Shown here one piece after another: positions 25,481 through 35,469 of a stretch of 39,665 nt of DNA. Where the stretch lies: the IMG/VR virus record IMGVR_UViG_3300038829_000258, positions 1-39,665 of that record; one strand, written 5' to 3'. Position 1 is the first letter of the stretch. Every line of letters begins with the position of its first letter. Both the position numbers and the translations under genes were made by a program. The DNA comes from a virus. Taxonomy: Duplodnaviria > Caudoviricetes. Below the pieces are notes generated by a model. That model was not told the DNA's origin, searched no databases, and worked only from the letters and a program-made list of their open reading frames with translations.

Positions 25481-26311
25481 ATGACTGACCGCCTCTTCAT
25501 CGCCCCGCTCGCCGAGCCGATCCACCTGGATGAGGCGCGCGCGCACCTGCGCGCGCCGTCCGGGCAGACCGCGCAGGACGCGCAGATCAAGGGCATGATC
25601 CGCGCCGCGCGCTCGCGGGCCGAGGCTCTGTGCCGGCTCGCCTTGGTGCGGCAGCAGCGTGTGCTGAAGCTCGACAGCTTCGACTGCGAGATCGAGCTGC
25701 CCGTGCGGCCGTTGCGCGCCGTGCAGTCGATCACGTACGTGGACAGCGCCGGCGAGACGCAGACCCTCGCCTCCAGCGCCTACCGCGTCCTCGGCGTGGT
25801 GGGTGGGGTAGGCGGCGATGCTCCGGCGGCGGGCCGCATCGAGCCCGCCTACGGTACCGTGTGGCCCTCCACGCTGGACATCACCGAGGCCGTGACGGTG
25901 AAGTACACGGCCGGCTTCGCGGTGCCGGTGTCCACCTTCGACACGAGCGGCGACGCGGTCACCGCGGCCGGGCACGACCTGGTCGCGAGCGACCCGGCGC
26001 GGCTCTCGAACTCGGGCGGCGTGGTGCAGAGCGGGCTGTCGCTGGACCTGAACTACTACGTGAAGGCGCCGGCCACCGACACGCTGCAGCTCTCGCTCAC
26101 CGATGGCGGCGCCGCGGTGGACATCACTGCCACCACCGCGGGCACTGGCACCACTTTCGTGGGCGTGATCCCGCCCGACATCATCAGCGCGCTGCTGTTG
26201 ATCGTGGAGCACCTGTACCAGAACCGCTCGGAGAACTCGGACTTCGAGATCTTCGAGATGCCGCTCGGCGCGGATCGGCTGCTGCAGCCGTTCCGGCCGT
26301 ACCGCTTCTGA
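25481..26311 (+). CDS. Head-tail connector (gp6-like) with an inserted beta domain
   Basis: EPIHLDEARAHLR...AAR..AE, VQSITYVD, V.VKYTAGF, PPDI..ALLLIVEHLYQNR. Confidence 0.85.
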   Translation: MTDRLFIAPLAEPIHLDEARAHLRAPSGQTAQDAQIKGMIRAARSRAEALCRLALVRQQRVLKLDSFDCEIELPVRPLRAVQSITYVDSAGETQTLASSAYRVLGVVGGVGGDAPAAGRIEPAYGTVWPSTLDITEAVTVKYTAGFAVPVSTFDTSGDAVTAAGHDLVASDPARLSNSGGVVQSGLSLDLNYYVKAPATDTLQLSLTDGGAAVDITATTAGTGTTFVGVIPPDIISALLLIVEHLYQNRSENSDFEIFEMPLGADRLLQPFRPYRF

Positions 26312-26322
26312 GCGTTTAAACG

Positions 26323-26646
26323 ATGCGCACCGGCAAGCAGCGCCTGGAGGCGACGATCCAATCCGTCGCCTCCACGCAGGACACGATAGGCGGGGAGGTC
26401 AAGACGCCTTCCACGGCGACAGCGACCTGGTACTGCGAGCTGGTCCACGTCAACGGCGGCGAGGTCTTCCGCGGGCGCCAGGTCCACGGCAGCGCGAACT
26501 ACGCGGCCATCGGGCAGTACGTGGCCGGCGTGACGACGAAGCACCGGCTGGTGATCGGCGCGCGGACCTTCGAGATCCTCGCTTGCAACAACGTGGACGC
26601 GCGCGATCGCGAGCTGCGGCTAGACCTGCTCGAGCGGGGCGTTTAA
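26323..26646 (+). CDS. Head closure / head-tail adaptor (SPP1 gp16-like)
   Basis: MRTGK.R...IQ...QD..GG, GVTTKHRL...RTFEI, RELRL. Confidence 0.8.
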   Translation: MRTGKQRLEATIQSVASTQDTIGGEVKTPSTATATWYCELVHVNGGEVFRGRQVHGSANYAAIGQYVAGVTTKHRLVIGARTFEILACNNVDARDRELRLDLLERGV

Positions 26647-26649
26647 ACG

Positions 26650-27147
26650 ATGGCGATTCTGAACACGGTCGGCGGCACGGAAGTGGTCCACGGCATGCGC
26701 GAGGTCGCGCTCAACCTGGAAGGCTTCCCCGAGAAGCTCCAGCGCAAGGCCCTGGCCACGGCGCTGCGAGCGGCCGGCCGGGTGGTGCGAGACATCGCGC
26801 GGAGCAAGGTGCCGGTGAAGAGCGGCAAGCTGCGCCGCTCCATCCGCGTGACGATCGTGCGCAAGGGCGGCAATTTCACCGCGCGCATCATCGCCGGCCG
26901 GCGCGTGAAGAAGGACGACCCGTTCTACGCGTGGATGGTGGAAGGCGGCACGAAGGCCCACGAGATCCGGCCAAAGGGGAAGAAGTCGCTTTTCCTCGCC
27001 GGCATCTTCGCGGAGCAGATCCAGCATCCGGGCGCGGACGCAAAGGCGTTCCTCGGGCCCGCGCTCGAAGCCGGCGCTGTTGCCGCGCTGGAAGCCATGC
27101 GTGAGCGGCTCGCCAGCGAGATCGAAAGCATGGGGAGCCTGGCGTGA
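26650..27147 (+). CDS. HK97 gp10-like neck/tail-completion protein
   Basis: ALRAAGRVVRD.AR..VPV.SGKLRRSI, FYA.MVE.GT, FLGPA. Confidence 0.85.
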   Translation: MAILNTVGGTEVVHGMREVALNLEGFPEKLQRKALATALRAAGRVVRDIARSKVPVKSGKLRRSIRVTIVRKGGNFTARIIAGRRVKKDDPFYAWMVEGGTKAHEIRPKGKKSLFLAGIFAEQIQHPGADAKAFLGPALEAGAVAALEAMRERLASEIESMGSLA

Positions 27148-27554
27148 TCGAAGTCGCCGTGAAGACCATCGGCGGCGCGCACGCTGGCTTGTCCGCGCTG
27201 GTGGGCAGTGGAGCCACGAGCCGGATCTATGCCGGCCAGGCGCCGCAGAACGCGACGCTGCCGTACGTCGTGTTCGTGAAGGACGGCGCGTTCCGCCCGG
27301 TCGCGGCCATCTACGTGAACTCAGGCTGGGGCCACTCGGACATCACCTTCGAGTGCCACGCCTCCACGCTGAAGGCGGCCAAGGAACTGATGCTCCAGGT
27401 GCGCGCCGCGTACGACCGCTACTTCGGCACGTCCGAAGGCGTGCAGATCGACCCGATCGGCACGCTGGCCACCGGCGGCGGCGGCGAAGACTACGAATTC
27501 GACCTCGACCACCACGTGGTGGAAGAGGAGATCACCTTCTTTCACACGGAGTGA
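27144..27554 (+). CDS. Tail terminator (DUF3168-like)
   Basis: LSALVG..RIY..QAPQNATLPYVVF; position before the tail tube gene. Confidence 0.75.
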   Translation: MIEVAVKTIGGAHAGLSALVGSGATSRIYAGQAPQNATLPYVVFVKDGAFRPVAAIYVNSGWGHSDITFECHASTLKAAKELMLQVRAAYDRYFGTSEGVQIDPIGTLATGGGGEDYEFDLDHHVVEEEITFFHTE

Positions 27555-27724
27555 TGACGATGAACCAACAGGACGAACACGCGGGGCAGGGCGGCAGCTA
27601 CGTCGTCGGCAAGGACGGCAAGCGCCAGCTCGTGGAGCGCACCGCGGAACCCAAGCAGACGCAGGAGGCGGTGCCGGAGCCGGCCGCCCCTGCGGACGAC
27701 AAACCGGCCTCCAAAAAGCGTTAA
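27554..27724 (+). CDS. Small hypothetical protein
   Basis: GQGGSYVV..DGKR.LVERT motif; TGATG coupling. Confidence 0.55.
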   Translation: MTMNQQDEHAGQGGSYVVGKDGKRQLVERTAEPKQTQEAVPEPAAPADDKPASKKR

Positions 27725-27736
27725 GGAGCCACCGCC

Positions 27737-28681
27737 ATGTCCGCAGCCCTCGCCGTCAAGCGCCACCTGCTCGCGAAAATCGAGTCCACCTACGCCACCG
27801 ATCCCACGCCCGTCGTCGGCTCGAACGCGATGATCGTGAAGAACCTGCAGGGACCCTCGCCCGTCAGCCTGTCCTACGCCTCGCGCCAGGGCATCGCGCT
27901 GCAGAGCTTCGGCCGCCTGTCCTCGAAGACCGCCTTCACCTGGCGCGAAGTGTCGTTCGACGTCGAGGTCGGCGGCGCCTCCGCGGCCGGCACCGCGCCG
28001 CCCTACGGCCCGCTGCTGCGTGCCTGCGGCCTGGCCGAGACGATCGTGCCCAGCACGAGCGTCACGTATGCGCCGATCTCCGCCGCGCTTGAAAGCGTCA
28101 CGCTCTACGGCAACCGCGACGGCATGCAGTACAAGATGACCGGCTGCCGCGGCAGCGTGTCGCTCGCCTTCGATGCCGAGCAGATCCCGGTGTACCGCTT
28201 CCGCTTCATCGGCCTGTACGCTGTGGCCACGGACACCGCGATGTCAGCGCTCACGCTGTCGGCCTGGCAGACGCCCAAGCCGATGAACAAGACCAATACC
28301 ACCAGCATCTCGCTCCACAGCTACGCGTGCGGTCTGTGGTCGGCGCAGATCGACCTGGCGAATGTCCTCAACTACGTCCCGTTCCCGGGCGGCTCCGAGC
28401 AGGTGTTCATCACCGACCGCGAGCCGAGCGCCTCCGCCACCATCGAGTACCCGACGATGGCGCAGAAGGACTTCGATTCCATCGTCGTGTCCGGTGCCAC
28501 GGGCAGCTTCACCTTCGTCCACGGCTCGGGCGCCGGCACGATCCTCACCGTCACCGCGGCGCAAGCGCGCCTCACCAACCCGCGCGACGGCGACGTGAAG
28601 GGCGTGCGCACCTACAGCGTGGACATGGAGCTCGCGCCCACGCTGGCCCTCAACAACGAGCTTTCGCTCGCCTACACGTAA
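27737..28681 (+). CDS. Major tail tube protein
   Basis: LLAKIESTY..DPTP, GTAP.YGPLLRACG, GCRGSV...F.F.G.Y; SD AAGGAG. Confidence 0.8.
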   Translation: MSAALAVKRHLLAKIESTYATDPTPVVGSNAMIVKNLQGPSPVSLSYASRQGIALQSFGRLSSKTAFTWREVSFDVEVGGASAAGTAPPYGPLLRACGLAETIVPSTSVTYAPISAALESVTLYGNRDGMQYKMTGCRGSVSLAFDAEQIPVYRFRFIGLYAVATDTAMSALTLSAWQTPKPMNKTNTTSISLHSYACGLWSAQIDLANVLNYVPFPGGSEQVFITDREPSASATIEYPTMAQKDFDSIVVSGATGSFTFVHGSGAGTILTVTAAQARLTNPRDGDVKGVRTYSVDMELAPTLALNNELSLAYT

Positions 28682-28735
28682 CCGCAGTACGGGCGCCGGT
28701 GCAGGGCCGGCGCCCGATTCACTCAGGAGAATTTC

Positions 28736-29068
28736 ATGTTCGTGCTCAGCAACAAGCCCACCTACAAATTCAAAGTGGTCGTCAAGCGCCCGAGCGAGGC
28801 CGGCGCGTGGGAGTCCATCGACTTCACCGCCGAGTTCAAGCGGCGCTCGCGGCCGGAGATCGAGGCCATGGTGGCAAAGGGGCTGCCGCCCGATGCCGAG
28901 ATCCTCGCCACCGAGCTGGTCGGCTGGAGCGACATCAAGCAGCCCGACGGCTCGCCGCTCGAAGTGAACGAAGCCAACCGCGTGGCGCTCCTGGCGGAGC
29001 CGTTCGTGCAGACCGCGATCGTGCTCGCCTGGCTCGAAAGCGCGGTGAAGGGTCCGGCAAAAAACTGA
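28736..29068 (+). CDS. Tail assembly chaperone (gpG-like)
   Basis: Between the tail tube and tape measure genes; ends GCA AAA AAC TGA. Confidence 0.8.
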   Translation: MFVLSNKPTYKFKVVVKRPSEAGAWESIDFTAEFKRRSRPEIEAMVAKGLPPDAEILATELVGWSDIKQPDGSPLEVNEANRVALLAEPFVQTAIVLAWLESAVKGPAKN

Positions 29069-29421
29069 AAGACGCCGCCGCCTGGTGGGTCCGGGGCGGC
29101 GGCGAGATGGACAAGGCTCGCGAGGACGCGCGTGCCTTCGGCGCCACCGAAGAAAGCATCACCGAGGCGCACGGACCTGACGACAAGGATTGCCACGTCT
29201 GGCCCGATAACTGGGCCGCGTGGCAGGCATTCCTTGCCGTGCAGACGCAGTGGAACACCGGCTCCGCCGGGTACACCGGGCTCGACTACACGCGCGTGAG
29301 TAGCGGCCTGCGCATGGCCGGCATCGCGGAAACACCGGAGCTTTTCGACAAGCTCCGCATCATCGAAGCGGCCGTGCTGAATCTCCTGGCCAACAAGGAC
29401 AAAGCGAGCAACGAAACGTGA
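29059..29421 (+). CDS. Tail assembly chaperone -1 frameshift extension (gpGT-like, DUF1799-like)
   Basis: Slippery A AAA AAC at 29059-29065; -1 frame reads ..LKDAAAWW...VWPDNW.AW..F....TQW....GLDY. Confidence 0.78.
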   Translation, partial: KKLKDAAAWWVRGGGEMDKAREDARAFGATEESITEAHGPDDKDCHVWPDNWAAWQAFLAVQTQWNTGSAGYTGLDYTRVSSGLRMAGIAETPELFDKLRIIEAAVLNLLANKDKASNET

Positions 29422-32400
29422 GAGCTGGAACCCTCGTCGTCGATATCGCGGCCAACGTCGCGCGCCTCCAGACGGACATGGCGTCCGCCAAGGGCATCGT
29501 TGCGGGCGCGATGAACGACATCACGCGCTCAGTGAACGTCGCCAAGACGGCGCTCGGCGCGCTCGGTGTGAGCCTTGGCGCGGGCGCCTTGGCCGCCATG
29601 GCGTTGAGCGTCACCAAGGCCACAGCGGCGCTGGACGACATGGCCGAGGTGACCGGCGCGGCGGTGGAGGAACTCTCCAAACTCCAAGTCGTGGCGAAGA
29701 TCGGGGGGCATGATTTCGGCCTGGTTGAAGACTCGCTCGTCAAGCTCACCAAGGGATTGAAGGGCACCGAGGAGGAAACGAAGAACGCCAGGCAGGCGCT
29801 CGTGTTCCTGGGCATCCAGGCTAAGACCGCCGCCGGGGCTCTGCGCGATCCGGGCGAGATGATGCGAGAAGTGGCGCTAAAGCTCGCGACATTCGAGGAC
29901 GGCGCGGGTAAGACCGCCCTGGCGCTGGACCTCTTCGGCAAGTCTGGCGCGAAGCTCCTCCCATTCCTGAAGGACATGGCCGAGGAAGGCACGGTCAACG
30001 CCCGAGTCACTGCGGAGCAGGCAGCCGAGGCTGAGAAGTTCGAGAAGGCGATGGGGCGCCTCAGCGTGGTGATGGACGACGCACGGCGGCAGGCGATCAT
30101 GCCGTGGACCAGCACCGCAAAAGATATGGTGGAGCAGCTCTCCGAAGGGCTGAAGATCTTCGGTGGATGGACGTCAGCGCTCTACAACGTTGGCTTCGCG
30201 ATTGATCCCCTGAAGAGCATCGCGGGGAACATGAAGGCGATCCGCGAGGAGCTGGAGTTCATTGAGCGGATGAAGAGCGCGCCGCCACGCCTGGCGGCCG
30301 GCGTCGGCATCGGGGACGAAGGGCAACTGCGCAAACGGCTGCAGTTTCTTCAGTTCATGGAGCGGCAGGGCGCGCTGGCCAACTCCGGCCCCGGCGACTA
30401 TGACGCGCGCGATCTCATGGTCCGGGGACCGAAGCCTAAGGCCGACTATCGCAGTCTTGGGGACAGCAAGCCAGGCAAGACCGCCGCTGATCTACTCAAC
30501 GAGCTGGCTGGGGTCAGCAAGGATTTTTACAAGGATCTCGAACTGCTCCACGCTGAGTTGCGCGGCGGTCGGGTGTCGCTGGAGCACTACCAGGGCGCGG
30601 TCGGCAAGCTGATCGAGAAGCAGGCGTTCGCCAAGGAGCTTGAGCGCCAGCACAAGGACGAGATCAAGAAGCTCACCGAGGCGAGCCGCGAGGCGTTCGA
30701 GGCGAGCCGCGAGGCGTTCGAGGCCGAGCAGCGCCGCGGCGTTCAGATGATCGAGTTCACCAGCGCCGCCAAAGCGGAGCTGGACCAGCTCGAGTTCGAG
30801 AACTCACTGATCTACCTGAACAGCGTGGAGCGCGAGAAGGCGATCGCGCTTCGCCGGATCGAGAACGACCTGAAGAAAGCCTCCAAGGGACTGTCCGAGG
30901 AGGAAGCGGCGACACTGCGCATCGAGGCCGACGCCGCGAAACAGCGCACGATCGCGCTGCTGGATACGAAGGAGGCGCGCGAGCAGGCCCGTGACGCGTC
31001 CAAGGCGGCCTCCGAAGAGTGGCTGCGCGCGCAGGGCTCGATGTGGCAGTCCATCGACCGCACCGCGCACGACACATTCGTGTCGATCTTCGACTCCGGC
31101 AAGAGCGCGTTCGACCGGCTGAAGGACACGCTGAAGAACGGCCTGTTCGACCTGCTCTACCAGATGACGGTGCGGCCGTTCATCGTGAACATCGCCGCTG
31201 CGGTGAGCGGCGGCAGCGTGGCGCAATCGGCGTTCGGCGCCAGCGGGGGGCTGTTCAGCGGCGGCGGTGGTGGCGGCGGGTTCGGTGGCATCGGGAACAT
31301 TGCCAGCAGCGCGAACAGCCTCTTCGGGGGCGGCGGCGGTCTGTTCGGCGCCAATGGCGCGATCGGCTCGTCAATCGCCAACATCGGGGGCGGCACCATG
31401 CTGGCCGGCGGAGCGGCCGGAACCGCGCTTGCGGGCGAGGCGGCGGCCCTGGGAATTGCGCAGATCGGTGGCTCGGGCGCTGGGGCGCTCGGTGCGATCG
31501 GAACCGCGATGCCGTATGTCGGCGCCGCGCTCGCCGTCGCCTCTATGCTCGGCATGTTCGGCGGCGACGGCGGCGGGCCGAAGCCCTCGCAGCTCCTGCT
31601 GCGCTACGCGGACTACAACGCGGAAGGCAGCAAGTTCGACATCGGCGACGCGAATCTGCCAGGCGGCCCGAGCATGGCCGCGATCGAGGCGCTGGAGAAG
31701 GAACTCAACGACCCGGACAAGTACGACCCCGAGATCCTCGCTGGCATCGTGGGGCCGAACCACGTCTTCGAGACGAACGGCCGGTGGATCGACGGCGAGC
31801 CCGGCGAAAGCCAGGAGCAGATGATGCAGCGGCTGCTGCAGATCGTCGCGCCGGCGGCCAACACCGGGCCCACGCGCTCTGCACTGCGCTCGTCGCTGCT
31901 TTCCGCGCAGAACCCCGCCGGCTACTGGAAGGGCCAGGTCGGCGAGCTGGGCGCGGGGCTGGGCACGTCTGCCTCCACCATCGAGGAATGGCGCGCGGAG
32001 TTCCTGAAAGCGCTTGACGAGCCGATCGGGCAGTCGACCATCGAGAAGTGGCAGGCGCTCGGCGCCGCGATCGAGCAGGCGACCAACGCCGCCGGCGTGG
32101 CCGCGTCGGCGATCTCCACGTCCGCCTTCTCCACGCTCGTTGACTACCGGCGCGCGGTGCGCCTGGCGGGCGGCATCCCGAAGTTCGCATCGGGCGGCTA
32201 CCACGGCGGCGGCATGGCGCTGGTGGGCGAGATGGGGCCCGAGCTGATGAACCTGCCCGCGGGCCGGATCTACAGCAACAGCGAATCGCGCCGGATGATG
32301 GACATGTCCGGCGTGGAAGGGCGCCTCTCAAAGCTGGAGAACGGTATCGCCGCGGTGGCGCTCCACACCAGCCGCATCGCCACGCGCATGGACGAGTTCC

Positions 32401-32468
32401 GCGGCAAGGGCATGCCGGTGCGCGGCGTTGACCCCTCGACGCCGCTTGAAGTGTCGGTGGCCTCGTGA
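29418..32468 (+). CDS. Tape measure protein
   Basis: 1016 aa, Ala-rich and helical; N-terminal GTLVVDIAAN; C-terminal FASGG..GG..LVGE.GPEL. Confidence 0.9.
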   Translation: MRAGTLVVDIAANVARLQTDMASAKGIVAGAMNDITRSVNVAKTALGALGVSLGAGALAAMALSVTKATAALDDMAEVTGAAVEELSKLQVVAKIGGHDFGLVEDSLVKLTKGLKGTEEETKNARQALVFLGIQAKTAAGALRDPGEMMREVALKLATFEDGAGKTALALDLFGKSGAKLLPFLKDMAEEGTVNARVTAEQAAEAEKFEKAMGRLSVVMDDARRQAIMPWTSTAKDMVEQLSEGLKIFGGWTSALYNVGFAIDPLKSIAGNMKAIREELEFIERMKSAPPRLAAGVGIGDEGQLRKRLQFLQFMERQGALANSGPGDYDARDLMVRGPKPKADYRSLGDSKPGKTAADLLNELAGVSKDFYKDLELLHAELRGGRVSLEHYQGAVGKLIEKQAFAKELERQHKDEIKKLTEASREAFEASREAFEAEQRRGVQMIEFTSAAKAELDQLEFENSLIYLNSVEREKAIALRRIENDLKKASKGLSEEEAATLRIEADAAKQRTIALLDTKEAREQARDASKAASEEWLRAQGSMWQSIDRTAHDTFVSIFDSGKSAFDRLKDTLKNGLFDLLYQMTVRPFIVNIAAAVSGGSVAQSAFGASGGLFSGGGGGGGFGGIGNIASSANSLFGGGGGLFGANGAIGSSIANIGGGTMLAGGAAGTALAGEAAALGIAQIGGSGAGALGAIGTAMPYVGAALAVASMLGMFGGDGGGPKPSQLLLRYADYNAEGSKFDIGDANLPGGPSMAAIEALEKELNDPDKYDPEILAGIVGPNHVFETNGRWIDGEPGESQEQMMQRLLQIVAPAANTGPTRSALRSSLLSAQNPAGYWKGQVGELGAGLGTSASTIEEWRAEFLKALDEPIGQSTIEKWQALGAAIEQATNAAGVAASAISTSAFSTLVDYRRAVRLAGGIPKFASGGYHGGGMALVGEMGPELMNLPAGRIYSNSESRRMMDMSGVEGRLSKLENGIAAVALHTSRIATRMDEFRGKGMPVRGVDPSTPLEVSVAS

Positions 32469-33622
32469 AGCTCGTCCCGCCGCTCGAAGTCACGGACGCG
32501 GTGCTGGTGTCCTCCACCGTGCCGGAGGACGACGCCGAGGTCTGGAGCGCCTCCAAGTACTACGCCACCGGCGACGAGGTCATGGTCACCACCGGCGTGC
32601 ACCGTGTCTATGAGGCGCTGACCGGCACGTCCGGGGTGGTGACCATGACCATCGCCTCGCCGTGCGTCATCACCTGGCCGGGCTCGGCGCCGGCGGCGAA
32701 TACGCCGTTCCAGATGTCCACCACCGGGGCGCTTGCCACCGGCCTGGTCGCCGGGACCACGTACTACGTCAAGGCGCCCAGCGGCGCCACGTCGAACGTT
32801 TCGGCTACAGCGGGCGGCGCGGACATCAACACCAGCGGCAGCCAGAGCGGCGTCCACACCGCGCGCTACGGGGCGAACTTCAACAAGTCGCCCCCGAGCT
32901 ACTCCGACCCGGAAGCCGTCTCGCCAGACTGGCTGGAAACCGGCGCGACCAACCGCTGGCGGCTCTTCGACGAAGTCGTGGGCCAGCAGTGCACCGACAC
33001 CGACGAGATCGAGGTCGTGCTCGCGCCGACCGAACGCTGCACCACCGCGTCGCTCTTCAACCTGGACGCGGCTGAAGTCACGGTGGTGGTCGTGTCCGAT
33101 TCCGAAGGCGAGGTTTACAACGAAACCTTCAGCCTGACGGACGACGGCGGCATCACCGATTGGTACTCGTGGTTCTTCTCGCCGATCGAGCGCCTCTCCA
33201 CCTTGGTGGTCAACGACCTGCCGGCGCACTCGGACACGGAGGTCACCGTCACCATCACCGGCGCCGGGACGATCGGCTGCGGCGAGGTCGTGCTCGGCTT
33301 CGCGCGCGAGATCGGCGACACCATGTGGGACACGCAGCTCGGCATCAACGACTACTCCTACAAGGCGCAGGACGACTTCGGCAACTGGCGCATCACGCAG
33401 CGCGCGTTCTCCCGCGCCGCGCAGTTCCCGGTGTGGCTCGATGGCTCGCGCACCGATGCCGTGATCCGGCTGCTGGAGCGCTATCGCTCCACGCCGGTGG
33501 TGTGGATCGGCATCGAGGGCACCACCAGCACCTACGTCTACGGCTTCTATCAGTCGTTCGTCCTGGCGATGAAGAACTTTCCGCAGTCGCTCTACAACCT
33601 TGAGATCGAGGGCCTGACATGA
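32465..33622 (+). CDS. Tail tip/distal tail protein
   Basis: Directly after the tape measure gene; W...GATNRWRLFD, GI.DYS.K..DDFG, YGFY..F motifs. Confidence 0.65.
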   Translation: MKLVPPLEVTDAVLVSSTVPEDDAEVWSASKYYATGDEVMVTTGVHRVYEALTGTSGVVTMTIASPCVITWPGSAPAANTPFQMSTTGALATGLVAGTTYYVKAPSGATSNVSATAGGADINTSGSQSGVHTARYGANFNKSPPSYSDPEAVSPDWLETGATNRWRLFDEVVGQQCTDTDEIEVVLAPTERCTTASLFNLDAAEVTVVVVSDSEGEVYNETFSLTDDGGITDWYSWFFSPIERLSTLVVNDLPAHSDTEVTVTITGAGTIGCGEVVLGFAREIGDTMWDTQLGINDYSYKAQDDFGNWRITQRAFSRAAQFPVWLDGSRTDAVIRLLERYRSTPVVWIGIEGTTSTYVYGFYQSFVLAMKNFPQSLYNLEIEGLT

Positions 33623-34926
33623 GCATCGAAACCCCGCCGACCGCGCCCAGCCGCAGCCAGGTGGCCGCGACGTTCAACACGAACGTCGAGGCGTATCTCG
33701 CGTGGCTGGAGGAGGACTTCATCCCGGGCGTGAACGCGCTCGCCGCCGCCGGCGCGTTCGATGCGGACCTGTGGGTGAGCGGCACCACCTACGCGATCGG
33801 CGACCTGACGTGGAGCCCGATCGACTACGCCGTTTACCGGCGCATCACCAACGGCGCGGGCACGACCGACCCGTCTGCTGACGCCACGAACTGGGCGGCC
33901 GTGATCTCGGTTCCGACCAGCACCGTGCCGCGGTTGCTGGAGAACGCTGGCTTCTCGGTGACGATGGCGGCGAACGCGGTGACGATCGCGCTTACCGGCG
34001 CCAACGGCAGCGCGCCGTCCAGCAGCAACAAGGTCGGCACCGGCTTTCGCAGCGCCACCATCGCGAGCGGAGACTCGTCGAAGGTCCAGTCCATAGCGGC
34101 GTCGTCCACGGTCATCAGCTCTGGCTCCACCGGCGGATCGGTGTCCGCGATCAAGTCGCAGATCTGGGTCGCGGAGATCCTGGTCTCCGGTGCCAAGGAA
34201 ATTGCGTGGATGAACCCGAAGGCTTCGACGGGTGGCATTACCAACATCGACGAAGGCGCGCTGATCTCGACAACGGCGGAAGGCGGCGCTGGCGCCGCCG
34301 ATTCTGCTGGTGTGTGGTATTCGACGACCGCGCGCTCGAACGTGCCCTTTACGGTGCTCGGGTACTTTGAATCGACGCAGGCGACTGCCGGCACGTGGGT
34401 GACGGCGCCCTCAACGGTCGTCGTCAATCCGAAACATCGTCCCGGGGATGTCCGGCACGGCATGTTCGCCCCGGTCGCGACCACCAGCGGCGCGTCGAAA
34501 GATTTCACCGGGTTCCCCGAGGGGACGTTCAGGATAACGGTGATGCCCAACGGCGTGTCCGTGAGCGGCACCTCGCTCATGCTGATTCAGATCGGGGACG
34601 CCGGCGGGATCGAAGCCACTGGCTATATCTCTCAGGGCGTGACGGGCGGCGGGACGGCGGCCAGCAGCACAGCGGGATTCCTGATGGATGCCGAGGGCAG
34701 CGCGGGTTATGCCTTCCACGGCGCGATGGTTCTCGAATTGATCGACGCATCGACGAACACGTGGTCGTGTACCAACAGCGTGGGGGAAGCTGTCAGCGTG
34801 CACCATATTTCGGCGGGCAGAAAAGCGCTTTCCGATGTGCTGACACAGCTCCGCTTCACGTGCGTGAACGGCACAGACACCGGCGACGCCGGGACGCTGG
34901 GCGTTTCTTTCGATTGGCGGCCGTAG
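33619..34926 (+). CDS. Tail fiber / receptor-binding protein
   Basis: N-terminal PTAPSR...F and WVSGTTY..GD...DPS.D.TNW; Ser/Thr/Gly-rich beta C-terminus. Confidence 0.65.
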   Translation: MSIETPPTAPSRSQVAATFNTNVEAYLAWLEEDFIPGVNALAAAGAFDADLWVSGTTYAIGDLTWSPIDYAVYRRITNGAGTTDPSADATNWAAVISVPTSTVPRLLENAGFSVTMAANAVTIALTGANGSAPSSSNKVGTGFRSATIASGDSSKVQSIAASSTVISSGSTGGSVSAIKSQIWVAEILVSGAKEIAWMNPKASTGGITNIDEGALISTTAEGGAGAADSAGVWYSTTARSNVPFTVLGYFESTQATAGTWVTAPSTVVVNPKHRPGDVRHGMFAPVATTSGASKDFTGFPEGTFRITVMPNGVSVSGTSLMLIQIGDAGGIEATGYISQGVTGGGTAASSTAGFLMDAEGSAGYAFHGAMVLELIDASTNTWSCTNSVGEAVSVHHISAGRKALSDVLTQLRFTCVNGTDTGDAGTLGVSFDWRP

Positions 34927-34944
34927 AACGGCACTGGAGATAAC

Positions 34945-35469
34945 GTGGAATTCACAAAAAATGCGCAAATATTCGACGAAGCCGTCGAAGTGGCAAAGGC
35001 GTCCGGCCGCCTGTTCCGCACGGAGAGCCATTTCACGCTCGGCAACAGGGTCGTGTACTTCACCGACCAGGAGGCCACCACCGCTCAGGAGCGTACATTG
35101 GCGGTCGCGCCGGGCGAAGCCGTGGCCGTCGTGAACGTGGAGTTCGAGCGGGCTGCCGCCCGCCTGCTGTCTGACTTCCCGCCGAGCGAGCGTCTATCCT
35201 GGCCCATCCAGGAGGCCGAGGCGCTCGCGTGGAATGCGAACAACAACGCCGCGACGCCTTACATCGACGTTTGCGCTTCCGCGCGCGGCATCACGCGCAC
35301 CCTCTACCTGCAGAAAACGCTCGTCAAGGTGCAGGCGTTCCGTGCCGCTTCGGCGCGGATGATCGGCACCCGGCAGAAGGCGCTCGATGCGGTCGCGGTG
35401 GCGCAGGATCTGGCGGGTATCACCGCGGCGCGCGATGCCGCAATCGCGGCGCTCAGGGCGATGCCGTGA
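34945..35469 (+). CDS. Tail fiber assembly/chaperone-like protein
   Basis: P.SER.SW..QEAEA.AW...TPYID..A..RGI...L..K motif; follows the fiber gene. Confidence 0.6.
   Translation: MEFTKNAQIFDEAVEVAKASGRLFRTESHFTLGNRVVYFTDQEATTAQERTLAVAPGEAVAVVNVEFERAAARLLSDFPPSERLSWPIQEAEALAWNANNNAATPYIDVCASARGITRTLYLQKTLVKVQAFRAASARMIGTRQKALDAVAVAQDLAGITAARDAAIAALRAMP

Noticed and set aside
33619-35469. Diversity-generating retroelement or invertible fiber cassette
   Set aside because: No reverse transcriptase, invertase or duplicated template repeat noticed
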